This document shows positions 12,335 through 25,701 of a stretch of DNA of 64,000 nt, in pieces. The stretch comes from Eledone cirrhosa. Its lineage: Eukaryota. The notes beneath the pieces were generated by a model. The model ran no database searches. It worked only from the letters and a program-made list of their open reading frames with translations, and had not been told where the DNA came from. The position numbers were made by a program, and so were the translations under genes. Numbering within the stretch: position 1 is the stretch's first letter; every line of letters begins with the position of its first letter. The stretch covers positions 379,564,001 to 379,628,000 of the forward strand of contig OZ024740.1 in assembly GCA_964016885.1 (NCBI GenBank), written 5' to 3'.

Positions 12335-14516
12335 GGATCATCATCATCATCATCATACGTCCGCTTTTCCCTGCTTGCAAGGGTGGGACGGGTCTTATTC
12401 AGCACAGCATCTCTCCACTTGCCATGGTCCTTCGTCCTCTCCACCGTGAGCTTCAGCGATCTGAGGTCTGTTCTCACCACCTCCGCCCATGTTTTCCGTG
12501 GTCTGCCTCTACCACGTCTTCCTTCAACTGACATTTCCTGGCACTTCTTCACCCATCGGTCATCCTCCATGCGCATCACATGTCCATACCACCACAGTCT
12601 CCTCTCTCGCACACTACATTCTATCCCTCTCAGACACAGATTCTCTCTCAACACATGCTGGGTCGTTCACGCACATTGACATTGCACATCCAACGGAGCA
12701 TGCTTGCCTCATTTCTCTCCAGCCGTCGCATATCTTCTGCAGTTGCTGCCCATGTCTCACTACCATGCAGCATCACGCTCCTCACACAGGCATCATATAA
12801 CCGGCATTTCGTACGCAGGGAGAAACCCGTTTTCGTCAGCAGAGGAAGCAGCTCCCTAAACTTATTCCAAGCTGTCCTTATTCTAGATACTATGGCCTCG
12901 GAACACTCCCCTCTCATGCTAATCTGATCTCCTAGGTACCGGAAGCTATCCACCACTTCTATAGCACCCGCCTGCATTTGAAAAATGTGTCTATCAATGC
13001 GACTTCTACTGTCTAATTTCCCTGTACATCTACTGCATACGTATTTCTCCCTACCTGTTAGTTTGCCTGCTATCCTACTACATCTCTTATGTACCCAGGA
13101 TCTGCATTGTGTGCATTTTATAGAATTTATGCCAGTTCCTTTTCTGCATATCGAACATGGCCATTTACCTGACGGAATCAGAATTTTATCCTCTTTTCTA
13201 CTCATCAACACTTTTGTCTTAGCTAGGTTCACTCTCAGTCCTCTTGCTTCCAACTGCTGTTTCCATAGCCAGAATTTATTTTCTAGCTCCTCTACTGATT
13301 TTGCTATAAGAACCAGTTCGTCAGCTTAGAGAATTTCCCATGGACAGCCAGTCTTAAACTCCTCTGTTATGACTTGGAGGACTATAATGAACAAGAGCGG
13401 GCTGAGGACCGAACCTTGATGTACTCCTACTTGTATCTGGAATTCCTCACTAAACTCCATTCCTACCCTGACTTTACTGACAGCACCTCTGTACAAAGTT
13501 TGCACCGTCCTCACAAGCCATTCCTCAACACCTACTTTCCTTAGGGACCACCAGATGACAGATCGGGGTACCCTATCAAAGGCCTTCTCTAGGTTAACAA
13601 AGGCTAAGTATAGTGGCTTATTCTTCTCTAAGAACCTCTCTTGTAATTGTCTCATCAAGAAGAGGGCATCTGTTGTACTTTTCCCAGGCACAAAACCAAA
13701 CTGCATCTCATCTAGATTGACCCTTTCTCTAATTAGTTGTGCTAATATCCTTTCTGCCACTCTCATAACCTGATCCATCAGTTTTATACCCCTATAATTG
13801 CTCCTCTCCAGAGCATCCCCTTTACCTTTGTAACAATTTATGAGAATACTGACCTTACCTAAAAGCCGACCTTACCTTACCCAATTACACCTCTCAAAGG
13901 CGATGACACGCGACCGTGACCTCTGGCGTCATGCAGTAATACAGAGTACCCGACCTCCCATGGGTACAAGCTGAAACATATAGACAATATGCCCCCACAC
14001 CCCCCACCGCAAGGTGGTCGTGGAGGTGCCACGGCAAAAAAGCACCCAGCCTACACTGTAAAATGGACGTGTAGGCGCCACGAAAAAGCACCCAGCACTC
14101 ACTGTAAATGAGGTTGGTGTTAGGAAGGGCATCCAGCTGTAGAAATCAAGCCAGATCAGTTCCTGTATGAGCAAGGCATGGTCAGCCGACCAGACACTGC
14201 CCACAACAGGACAACACGTCTAACCCATGCTAGCGTGGAAGAACGGACATAAAACGATGATGATGATGACGATGATGATGACTGCTGCACCAGTCTTTGG
14301 GTATGACATCACCATATATAGCCTGATTGATGATGCGTGCAGCCAGTTTGGTGCCTATGTCCCCTGATGCCTTCAGCATCTCAGCAACTATCCCCGACGG
14401 TCCAGCAGCCTTACCATTTTTCATTTCCTTAATCGCCTCTTGGACCCTATATTCGTCAATCTCAATAGCTGGTCTCTCTGTCGGATCTACTGAGGGTAAT
14501 TTCTCTCTCCCCCATA
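12335..14516 (-). mobile_element. 5'-truncated RTE LINE with PHD finger and (GAT)n tail
   Basis: ORF pieces 14230-14424, 13326-13778, 12648-13253 and 12316-12654 with RT motifs. Candidate TSD ATTATG at 12329-12334 and 14517-14522. Confidence 0.95.
13852..14280 (+). mobile_element. 3' end of an RTE LINE (same family as 340-2785) nested antisense in another LINE
   Basis: Close match to 2372-2785, ends in (GAT)n, flanked by ACTG (13848-13851, 14281-14284), and interrupts the host reading KDWCSS|ILINCYKGKGD. Confidence 0.9.
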
Positions 14517-14681
14517 ATTATGTGAGACAAAGTCTTTAACATGAAAATACAATAGTAAATATAGAGTAAAGTAAATGTTAAAGGGTTAAACTGCTCTTAA
14601 CAATTTTAGCAAATCCCTCCAAATTCTTCACCAACTAATTCAAATACAGTGTACTTCATTAGAAATACAGTAACAAAAGGG

Positions 14682-14895
14682 TTAACCATTTAGCATATAC
14701 ATTACCCTATATTTACTTTTATATTTTCATAGTAAGCTCTTTATCTCACATAGTATTGAATCTATGAGATTATGATATCATTTATTTTGAGAACAATACC
14801 TTAACATCAGTATGAGCAGCAAGTTCAGCCAGTTTAAACAGAAAGAGGTGAGAGAATTTGGGCCGGATACGGCCAGTTTAAATGCTAAAGGGTTA
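14682..14895. mobile_element. piggyBac-type TTAA MITE
   Basis: TTAACCATTTAGCAT...AAATGCTAAAGGGTTAA, with internal sequence shared with the other copies. Confidence 0.8.
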
Positions 14896-15180
14896 ATGTA
14901 ATATTATACATTGGTATACAAATCACAGGCTATGTATCCATCCATCTATCCCTCTATGTATTGATGGATTTTTGATACAACAGTGATGTTTCTTAACAGT
15001 GATTACACAATTTGTATGCTTGTACAGCCAAGTATTCTTTTATTTACACAAAATATAGAGTTAATCTCAAGATACCCTCCTACAATAACAATATCACTGT
15101 AAAGCAAACACCTTGACTCATTAGCAACAGATTGGCATTTGGCTACATCATTGTTCAATAATAAATCTTAAAATCACTCT

Positions 15181-15312
15181 CTATCTCTCTCTCTTTACAT
15201 ACCCACCCCATGTTCTCTCCCCTCTCTTTACATACCCACCCCATGTTCTCCCCCTCTCTTTACATACCCACCCATGTTCTACCCCTCTCTTTACATACCC
15301 ACCCATGTCCCC

Positions 15313-15392
<80 letters not shown>

Positions 15393-15402
15393 CCACCCCA
15401 TG
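15181..15402. repeat. ~30-bp tandem repeat merging into a (CT)n microsatellite
   Basis: 'ctctctttacatacccacccatgttctcccc' units followed by a long (ct)n run. Confidence 0.9.
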
Positions 15403-17446
15403 TGGTCTAGACACACATATAGATAATAAACACCGCCATCACAAAAATAGCAGAAAAATCAATTGTCCCTTTAGGTGCAAGTTTTGTTTCCTATTTTAGA
15501 TACAGATGATAACTAGAGAAATCAGTTATGACAATCAGTCATGTCTGACCAGTAAAAGTTTTGTAGCTTTTGCAATGTAAAATACGTGGTGTAATGTATT
15601 ATTGATTTGCCAATAAAATTCTCCAGAGAAACAAATGGTAATGTTGTTAAAAGAAGAAATTCTTTTTGTTGAAGATAACATCTTTCTGTATGAAATCAAT
15701 ATTCTTTTACTTTAAGATAGATTATAGATTATATATTAAATATATCTTTTAGTTTTATCTCTTTTACTTTGTCTCACTCATTATGTATCTATCCATCAAT
15801 CTATCAATATCTATGCATCTGTCGGTCAGTTCCTCCATCCCATAAGCACCCCTTTCTCTCTCTGTCAATCACAAGTTGATCTTTACACCAATCCAAGTTA
15901 CTTTGGGATAAAGAATCTAAATATAATGAGTATAAAGTGATGTGGTTTTCTTTTTTTTTTTTTTTGTGATATCAATTATATCATCATTCTAACTAGATTG
16001 TATTATGGTGACTATTGCATTTTAGAACAGGTATTTATTGTTGTTTTTCTTCTTTCTTTCACCCCTCCTCCTCCTTCTCACTACCTAGTCACCAATCATT
16101 CAACTTATGCTATCATGGAAAAAAGATTGATGTTACATGATGATAATATCATAATTATTTAATATCTGTTTTCCCTGCTATCAAGGGTTGGATGGGTCTT
16201 CACTGACCAGGTCAGTACTCAAGAAAAGCTATTGGCCTGACAGATTGGCCAGAGCCTACATCTTGCTTACATACGTTTCTGAACTTTACTGAGTGCATTT
16301 TATTATGCCACCAGCACCAAGGAGGTTGTAATGTCTTTGACACAGCTGAAAAATTCTTCCAATATTTTCTTTGGTAAGCTCTCTATAGCTGAATGCCTTT
16401 CCTATCACCAACAACTTTATAGTGTGTATTGGGTGCATTTATCATGTAGATAACCTACACTAGGGAGGTTGACACAACTGAAGAGTCCTCTCAACCAAAG
16501 CCCACAATCCACCCTGTAAGGTAGTTGTGCTGATGACACAACAGTCACCCTGTTAGTTGGTCGTTTTGATGCCACAATAAAAAGCACCCAGTTCACACTG
16601 TAACATGGTTGGTGTTAGAAAGAGCATCCAGCTGTAGAAACCAAGCCAAAATACAGATCTGTATGTGCAAGACATGGTCTCTTGGCCTGACTTGTCTCAT
16701 AACGTGACAACCCTTCTAACTCATACAAGCATGGAAAATGGATGATGATGATATGCACGTATGAATAAATTATAATATATATATATATATATCTATATAG
16801 AATATAATAGCTATCTGTTCAGTGGTGCTGCTGGTGTGTGTCATGGGCAATTCAAATGTGAAATCAAATTAATTATTTTGTTTCTAATATAACATGGTTT
16901 CTAATATAACATGGTTATTGTATAATATCATGTTGAAATATATAAATTCACTGAGGAATTGTTTGAAATGGGTGTTTTCTTTTGTAAAATATCTCGTAAA
17001 TGATGTCAGAAATTGGAAGTTATTAAACATTTCATATTTTTTATTCTAATTCTAACCCTTTCAATACCATATGATTATCAAATAATTTTGAAAATAATCA
17101 AGAATTTAGAGAGATTTATTAATATAACTAACTTTTTAATTATTTATTAGATGTTTGGAGCATAACTTAATGAAGGTTCTTACATAAAATCATGGGTGGT
17201 TTGGGCTTAAATTTTATTAAATTACACAAGAATTACAATAGATGGACAAGTTAAGAACTACTCTTCACCTTGTTTTGTATATCACTTGATATACACTCGT
17301 AGATATTTGTTTTGTGGTTTTTCCATTTCTTTCCATTCCTACTTCATGAATTCATTCATTTCTTTTTATTTATATCATTATATAGCTTGTGTCATTAAAA
17401 CATTGTTTGAATTTTAAATTATTTTTGAAATATTTTTTATTTAAAG

Positions 17447-17524
17447 GTACAGATGAAACTTCAGTGAAAAAAGAATCTAAGAAGTCTAAAGATACTTCTG
17501 AAGTGAAGGTTGCCTCTATATTTG
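17447..17524 (+). CDS. LIG1: DNA ligase I exon (GTDETSVKKESKK...KVASIF), phase 1 to 1
   Basis: AG acceptor at 17445-17446, G|GTAAGT donor, open frame. KVASIF recalls LIG1 KTLSSFF. Confidence 0.75.
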
Positions 17525-18292
17525 GTAAGTTACTTTTGGCAGTTAACCCTTTCACTTGTACAGATTCTTAACTCTGTAAGTGCTAGTGCCATTTTTGGTA
17601 TTTTACTACCTCAGGCTGAGTTTACATGTTAATTGTTACATTGTTAAAAAAAAATTGTTAAAAATAAAATAAAATGAGATATTTTGATTCAATTTGTTTT
17701 ATTTACTTTGGAACTATGCTTTACAAACTAAATAAAAATGTACCAGTGCATCTTTGGTACACAAAGGGTAGGAGATAAGAGATGTGCTGGTATGGTTTTT
17801 AGCACTCAAAGAGTTAAATTTTAGTTATAAAGTGTCTTAAATATCTCAGCAACCCCAAACTAACTTCACAGCAAGACTAAATATTCTCACAGGCACCAAA
17901 GATTTGTAACATTATATATGGGAACATTATTAGTCCACTTATGAAGTTAGGAATCTATATTATAATCTTCTTAAGTACAGTTGATAGGTAGACATGGCCA
18001 TGTTGTTAAAGAGTTTGTTTTGCAATCACAAGGTTTTGGGTTCAGTTCTATTGCATGGTAGCTTAGATATATGTATTGTATAATAGTTTGTCATTAACTA
18101 ATGTCTTGTGAGTGAAATTTGGTAGAAAGAAACTACACAGAAGCTTTTTCTATATTTTCAATGTACACAAGTGTAGAGTGATAGCAGGTAGACTAACAGT
18201 AAAAGTATACATTGCATATATAGGCTTCCCAAACTAAAATTACTTCTAAGTTATATACCATATTCATTGTCTCATTGAATTGCTTTTATTAG

Positions 18293-18410
18293 GTAATGTT
18301 AAATCAAAGAAAACCCCTTCAAAACCAGAATCCAAAAAAAAGAAGCAATCTCTTAAATCATCTAAATCAACTGTAGAAATCAAGGAAGAGAAATCTGAAG
18401 ATGAAGAGAG
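18293..18410 (+). CDS. LIG1: DNA ligase I exon (GNVKSKKTPSK...EIKEEKSEDEE), phase 1 to 2
   Basis: cttttattAG acceptor, AG|GTAAGA donor, and an open K/E/S-rich frame with no stop. Confidence 0.75.
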
Positions 18411-19414
18411 GTAAGAATTTTTATTTGGATATTTTTTTTATTGTTGTTGTTATTATTTCACCTATTTGATTATCATTCTCTCTCCTGTTTACTCTTGGTT
18501 CTGTTTGCCTTGAAAGAATGGAGATAATGTTCAGGAGAGAGAACTCTGTAGTTTTGCAGTTGATAATGCAACCGCTCTAATGCTGATCCCATGATAAGAT
18601 ACATCTAATACCTCCTCTGTAAAGTATCATCCAACTGTAGAAAGCATGCCAAAAATGGAACAAGCAAGTAGGGCATGGTCCTCTGACCTGTTTAGGAGGG
18701 CAGTAACTTGGGCATGATGTATCCAACTCATGCCAGCATGAAAAGACAATGATTATTATAAATAGTAGCAGTGAACTAGCAGAATTGTTAGTGCATTGGA
18801 TGAAATGCATTGTAGTATTTTGTTATGGCTTTCTATGTTCTGGTTTCAAATCTCACCATAGTCAACTTTGCCTTTCATCCTTCTGAGGTCGATGAAATGA
18901 AATAACAGACTTTCCCTTCTCTTATATTGCTGGCCTTGTGCCAAAAATTGAAATATTAGTATTGTCTCTTTGTTAGTCTTTGAATGAACAGTTTCTTCAT
19001 TCATCAACATTCTTTTACATGTTTTCTGTTGCTTGTATGGATAGGATATATCTTCTCCAGTAGAGTGAGTCACCACTTACTGCTGTCCCTTATCTCTGAG
19101 TGAATAACCTATTAATTTCCTCACAGTCTTTCTTTGGTTTTATTTTTCCTGACTTAAGTAGACATTACAAATGAAGACTTTGCAAACTGGAAACATTTCA
19201 TTACTTTTTTCCTTTGCCAAACTCTCCATGTTTGCTTTTGAAGTTTGGTCAAACGCTGAAATACCCTTCGACAGTTGCTACTCAAATTGTGCCTCACACA
19301 CTGTTACCCGCCAGTTGATTTCACAAAACTTTTATGCGAGAGCTCTTGATATGGTGTAAATAGCAAGCAGGACAGTTGAAAATGTGGATTCATACAATCA
19401 AATCAGATGTTGAA

Positions 19415-22114
19415 TTAACCTTTTAGCATTTCATTACTCTATCAAATGTCATGTTTATCTATTTACATTATTTTGAGTTAATCATACTCAAAAGGGTTAT
19501 CAAATATATTTGTTTGTAATTTTATTAATTTTCTATGTGCAGATTCGAAATTTTGTCAGTAGATGTTTAAATATCAATAATTTACAATTATCTATTTTTA
19601 CCTGATTTTTTTTTTTTGTTAAATTTGACTTTTATGGGCAGGTGAAATTAATTAACAGGTGTAAAAGTAATGACTTTATGGATAAACACAAACATTTAAA
19701 CTTTGTGCTTTTCCTGTTAGGTTTGTTACAAAAATTATCCTACAATAACCTAGATGTTGACTTACAACAATTTTAGCCCTTTTCATGAACAGGTGAATTA
19801 ATTAACATGTGGGTATAATCAGTACAAGGTTTTAGTCTTTCTCTACATTCCATGCAAATATTTTCATTGGAAAAATATTTAAAACCCTTTTACCAGTCAA
19901 TATACTATTGGAAATGTACTCTTACATAATGTACTGGGTAGATTTATATAACAGAACATGCCCAATATATAAGTTCATTAACAGGTGTGGCACAGGTGAA
20001 TGCAGGCATGTTCATACAGAAAATCTATATATATTTCTAGTTTTCACATATGTGTTCCAATAATTCTTTTTTTTTTTTGTAATTAATTTTTTCAATAAAA
20101 AAGGTTTCAATTTGATAACCTTTAGCAGTTTTTCTCTTTTGCAAAGAGCACATTTGACAAACCTTCTTCTTATTAATTTTCTCTATTTTGTGAAAATCAA
20201 TATTTTCTTTGTTCACATCAGATAATTTTGTTTTCTCCTAGCTCTGTGTTTGCGAAAAGTATATCTTCCACGTAGCTGAGATGCAACGTATACACAAAAT
20301 TTCATGTGGCAGTAGTCCTTTGGTGGTGGTGAATCTTTGTAGTTTTTAATGAATACGATAAAAGAATTCATAATAGCTAAATTCACTAAAAACTATAAAA
20401 TATATCTCCACCATTTCTTTCCAGGATGTCCAACTGGGTAATAGGCACAATAGTAGTTGGATTTGTCGACCCCCACCCATATATTTATTGTAAGAGCAAT
20501 TAACTAACACCTGGCTGTTGGTTTGAAAACAGGAATAAAATTTGCTGTTTGTCCTGGTACAATGTGGTTAGCTTGTTCCCTTTTTGCACCTGGAGAATGT
20601 CCCCTCTTTTTTTTTTTTTATTTTGTTAGTTTTATTTCGCCATTATTGTAGCACACACATGTACATATTTACGAGGGCAAGATCCTCTGCCAGAATCACC
20701 AAAGAAAAAAATGGTCAAAATATATGTCTTTGTGTTGAGAGCAGAAGGGTTTAGTCAGAGACCACACATCATTGCATCCCAATCCAATTTTCCTCTCTCT
20801 ATTTTGTTTTTTTGTCCTGTAAATATCAAAATTTGCACAGTAGCTTGTGTTCGATTCACAGAGTTCCCACACCTTGATGCACCATTTAGTGTGTTTAGTA
20901 TACTGTCTGAATTATACCCAATTATTAATTTAGTGTGTTTCATTCATATACTGTCTGAAATGTACCTTACCCTTATACCCAATTATTGCCTCAACACAGA
21001 TTTTTTTCCAGGTATATATACACTTAAAATTTTTCCACATAATATTTTAATTAATGGTCAAACTTTATAGAGAGGATTGTAATTTGATTCATTTCTATCA
21101 GGAGTATTTAAAGTATCGACCAGGTACAAATAGTGATTTGATTTCAAATACCTTGTTTTGGGGCATAATACTTGATATATAAGGGTCACTAAACCTTATA
21201 TCAGTGCTCCAGTAATTTCACACTTCTGGAAATTGCTTTATACCAAACATATTGATTGAAAAAAATGTTTGAATTTCTGAGCATCTGTTGGTTGCCATAA
21301 CTGATCTTATTTTCCTCGATTTGAAATTTGTTGTTGGGCATATTGATTTGTCTCTTTTGTCACAACTTCGAAGAAAGTCTGTGGCAAAAGCAAAAAGAAA
21401 TAATCCAGTGCTTTAGCATCAGGAGGTAATGTGTGTTGTGGACCAGTATTGGGAAGTAATGTGTGTTGTGGACCAGTATTGGAAAGTAATGTGTGTTGTG
21501 GACCAGTATTGGGAGGTACTGTGTATTGTGAACCAGTATTGGGAGCTTATGTGTGGTGTGGACTAGTATTGGGAGGTTATGTGTGGTGTGGACCAGTATT
21601 TTCAATGAAATCAGGAACATATATTGGTGTGGTGTTTTTCAACCATATTGCTGTAACATTTTCAATGGCGTCCTGGAGATCTTCTTCACTTTCACAATCA
21701 AAGCAACAATCTTCATTGGATGAAAAGTCAGAGATATATATGTCTGATTCATTTGAAGACAAATCACTGATATTTTCTTTTATTTCTTCTTCATTTTGAA
21801 TGTCATCTCATGTAAAACCTTCTAAGTCGGTATTTCTATATTCAGAAGAGATGATGATAGACACACAAAAAAATCTGTTGTACTTCCAATGTTAAAAAAA
21901 ACACTTGTTCCAAGTTTCACTATATTAAGTGTTATATTTCACAGTAAAGGCTTTCTGTCTCAGTAATCTCAACTTGATGGGATTTTGATGACATTATTGT
22001 TTATTTTTAGAACAATATCTTTGTGAGTATCAGTGGCTGGATTTGGCCAGTTTGAACAAATAACTGGGAAATGATTTGGGCTGGATTTGGTCGGTTTGAA
22101 CACTAAAGGGTTAA
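19415..22114 (-). mobile_element. Decayed piggyBac DNA transposon (transposase pseudogene at about 20080-21830)
   Basis: Minus strand gives YNKYMGGVDKS..., KKWWRYI, LVNLAIMNSFI, IYFDHFF and an acidic N-terminus with W...F.ENTGP.HTLPPDAKALDYF. Bounded by TTAACCTTTTAG (19415) and CTAAAGGGTTAA (22114). Confidence 0.85.
21422..21600. repeat. 30-bp minisatellite, 6 copies, inside the piggyBac transposase remnant
   Basis: GGAAGTAATGTGTGTTGTGGACCAGTATTG units arranged head-to-tail without spacers. Confidence 0.95.
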
Positions 22115-22557
22115 TATCTTGTCCTCACATACATGCTGCTTACTGTTAGTATTGTGACTGACTGACAGTCTCTGCATTAGGCATCTATAATTGCTGTGCA
22201 TCGCTCGCTTCTGTTTGCAATACTGTGTATTCACTAGTTTCTGCTGGCTCAGCCCATCCCTGTTGAACATTGACATTTATACAAGTAGTAGTACACACTG
22301 TTTAGTCACTAATCTAGTGTCAGTTTCCTACATGGATTTTACTGGTATTCAGTATGGCTGTAGATTTTGAATTGACAGTAATGTATGTATCTGTGTTTAT
22401 CCAACTTATATTATGCAGGGATATGGGGTATCTATTCTTAGAAGCCACAAAAATTGCTAGCATAAGAGGTTTAGTGCCAGGAAAGTCTGGTATCAAGAAG
22501 GGCATCTAGCTATAATGCATTGTCTAAAAAAAGGATCTCCTGGATACTCACAAGGCT

Positions 22558-22755
22558 TTTAAACCCTACTATAACATTTAAACTGGCCATATATGGCTAG
22601 AATTCTTTAATCTTCTTTTCAAACTGGTTGTAACCGGCTGCTCATACCGACAAAATAAATGATATCAAAATCTTGTAGATTCAATATTATGAGATAAAGC
22701 CTTTTCTGTGAAAATACTATAGTAAATATAGAATAATGTGAATCCTAAAGGGTTA
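22558..22755. mobile_element. piggyBac-type TTAA MITE (diverged)
   Basis: Similar to the 40019-40235 family in the opposite orientation; ends CTAAAGGGTTAA. Confidence 0.7.
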
Positions 22756-23148
22756 ATGTTTTAAAAGATAATAATAATAAATTCAAACATCTGCTTCATT
22801 TCGGGGTTCTAATGTCATTTTGGTGTATTTGAACAAAGGTCCTAAGTTGATCCCATTGAGTGCCATTTTGGGCTAGTGTGTTCTACCATAGCCTTGAGTC
22901 AGTCAAATTTGGGAGGTAGAAACTGGTTGATGTGTATCTTTATATATCTATGTGTGTGAGGGTGAATATATCTGAATTGGTTCAAAACCAGTGCAGTTAA
23001 CAAAATAACCTTGTATTTCAATCTATCTCTGTTACCTCTTTTCATGCTCAGTGAACTTTGCTGCTTGTTTTTTGACTGGGGTCAATATAATCAGTTACAA
23101 CCTCTGAAGATGATGCTCCAGTTGAATGATTGAAACCAGTGAAAGAAT

Positions 23149-23235
23149 GTTTGAAGTTAAATGGATAAGTAGTTCAGAACTACAATAGTTTGAAGTTAAA
23201 TGGATAAGTAGTTCAGAACTACAATAGTTTGAAGT
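23149..23235. repeat. Perfect 39-bp tandem duplication
   Basis: GTTTGAAGTTAAATGGATAAGTAGTTCAGAACTACAATA twice, plus a partial third copy. Confidence 0.95.
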
Positions 23236-23363
23236 AAACAAAATAACCAAATAACTGCTTAGTACATTGGTCATAATTGATACTGAGTGTTGGTAATTAA
23301 TTTGGTTATATTTACTTAGATTTTACTATAAATATTCTGTTTTAGCGTTATAAAAGCTCTATA

Positions 23364-23547
23364 TACTGAATATACTCAAATAAAAGCCAACCCCAATAGT
23401 TTGTCTGAGAAATGGACAAAAATCCAAACCAAACCTTATTTACATAGAATTTGAAGTTGGTGAAAATTGTCAAAATATTGACCTCGAATATACCATGGAT
23501 TATTTTTGGTTACATATTCCTCGGCTTATATTTGAGTTTATGCAGTA
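23364..23547. mobile_element. pogo/Tigger-like MITE
   Basis: Imperfect TIRs TACTGAATATACTCAAATAAAAGCCAA / TCGGCTTATATTTGAGTTTATGCAGTA. A related end lies near 3190. Confidence 0.65.
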
Positions 23548-25701
23548 AGCTGGTAATTTAGTCTACTAAAATAGCTGAGTTCAATTATCCCTCTTACACC
23601 AATAGTGGTGTTCTTTTAAGGAAGGTACATAACTCTGCTTACCTTAGTTTGCTAGATTGGTTTTCAAACTGTCAAGTCGAGTTGTTATCTGTTGGAAAGA
23701 ATATTCAGTTATAAAAATAAATTACCCCAAAATATGTAACTGCCCAAATTTTCAAAAGTTGTCATTCCACCTCATATTTGTTTGGATAAAAAAGTGAAGG
23801 AAATAAAACATTTTGTTCTCACATTTTATTTAAGAAACTTGAGACCATCCACAAAAATTGTCTACTTGATAACAAGGCTACTAATTTGTTTTGGATATTA
23901 GATCTAATAGGTTTGGACAATTCTTTAGCTGTTAGAAGTACTTCACATATAAATTATGAAGGGGATGGATTCCTTATAAAACTATTTGTCAAAAGGTAAA
24001 CAACTATCTCATAGACGTACTCATTACATAAAAAACAGTTATTGATTTTATTATTTTTCTTTTACTCAATGTAACCACTATTGTACAGGAATTAATATGA
24101 TTTTGAAAATATTTAAAAATTATTTTTTGGACTATTATTTCATCAAGAGTAAACTGATACTTTTCACTAACATAGAAAAGGAAAAAAAAAACATTTGTGA
24201 TTACATTACAAAAAAATCTTGTAATGAGAACATATGCTTTCTACAAAACCATTTGGATGAGAAAAGATCTCTATTTTACACAACCATTGGGATGAAAATA
24301 GCACATCTATTGATATAAAAGCATGTTATTACCTTACACAACCATAAAAAGTAAAAATTGATGGTTTTCTTTTTCTATTTTTTTTTTATTTTTCACAACC
24401 ATGAGAATTTTAAAGCTTATAAGAAACATAAGTCAGTTTCTTTAACAACCTTTTGAAAGCATGATGGTGTGTGAAAGTTAGTTCCAATAGGGAAAATTGT
24501 TGCTTTTAATATATTTAGATTGATAAAAGATTTCAGGCTTTTATAACATAGAATTTAGAATAGTAGTCCTAAAATATTATGATCCAACTACATTTTCTTT
24601 GCATTTTCTTCTTTTCAATTGTTAGTATTATTTTCTAAAGCTATTCCAAAGATTATTTAAAGTAACAGTTTCATATTATTTGTTGAGAAGTTTTGATACA
24701 GTAATTGAAGTTTTATCTGCATCATATGTTTTTTAGGCCTGTAGGCATTCAAAATTTAAAATGTGAAATGATTCCATGAAAGACCTCTACGAATGTTTAG
24801 TAAATTTCAGTTGCTAAATGATAGTAAAAGATAAACAGTCACACTTATACACATATATTACAGAAAGAAAAAAAAATTGTATATTATAGACAAAACAAAA
24901 TATGAAATAGAGTTGTCACAAGTTTTTTGATCTTACATTTCTATCTGAAAATAGTTTTGTAGTATCACCATAAATACGATATATCCAAAGCTTTTAGGTG
25001 CTAAGGATGTAAATGTATTTCTTTTTGGTAATCATTTCTGTTGTGAGTGTTCTGTGTTCTTTCACTTAGTAAACATGTTTTGGAATGAATACATTGCATT
25101 TACACACTGGTTTATCTATGTCTAAATGTGTATGTGGTTTTATGTTTTCACCAGAACATGAAGTACATCCTGTAAATGTTGACTTTGTGATATCATTTGA
25201 TATTTTGTATTTTAAGATTATTGCTAAAGAATAGAAGTTGATGAGGTGATATCATTTGGTGGTGGTGTTCCCATTTTAATTACGATGTAATTAGTATAAA
25301 TCAGTTAATTTTAGAGTTCATTTAATCAGGTTGGTTGATTTTTCTGGCTATTTATCCACATATTTGTATTTTTTGTTACCTATTCTCAAAATAATTGTGA
25401 TGTTGTTTTTGCCTATTTTTCACTACTATTTTGTAAGTTTATGAAGGTTGACTGACTATAAATATAGTCAGTTTATTTCCAAGATATTTTACACTTATGA
25501 ACTCACACCAAATATGATCTTAGAAATTTCAGTTATGTCACCATGTTGTCCTTATGCAAGAATGTATGGATATTTCTTGTTCAATAACAGAGTTTCTTTT
25601 GTTAATGCATCTACTGTTTTTTGGGGTGGGGGAGGGGCTGCCAAAGACTTGGCCATTTCACAAACATTACTGTTGTAGGCATGATAATATTGGGGAAAGG
25701 T

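Larger units (their letters stand above)
12186..14589. mobile_element. piggyBac-type TTAA MITE (~215 bp) split by a LINE insertion
   Basis: Left half begins TTAACCCTTTAGCATTT and right half ends AAATGTTAAAGGGTTAA. Joined, the halves match the intact copy at 40019-40235. Confidence 0.8.

Noticed and set aside
21422-21600. CRISPR-like array of 30-bp repeats
   Set aside because: Units are contiguous with no unique spacers, lie in a transposase remnant, and the context is eukaryotic.
23346-23455. Possible next or terminal LIG1 exon after ttttAG
   Set aside because: Overlaps a pogo-like MITE, shows no LIG1 similarity and stops after about 36 codons.
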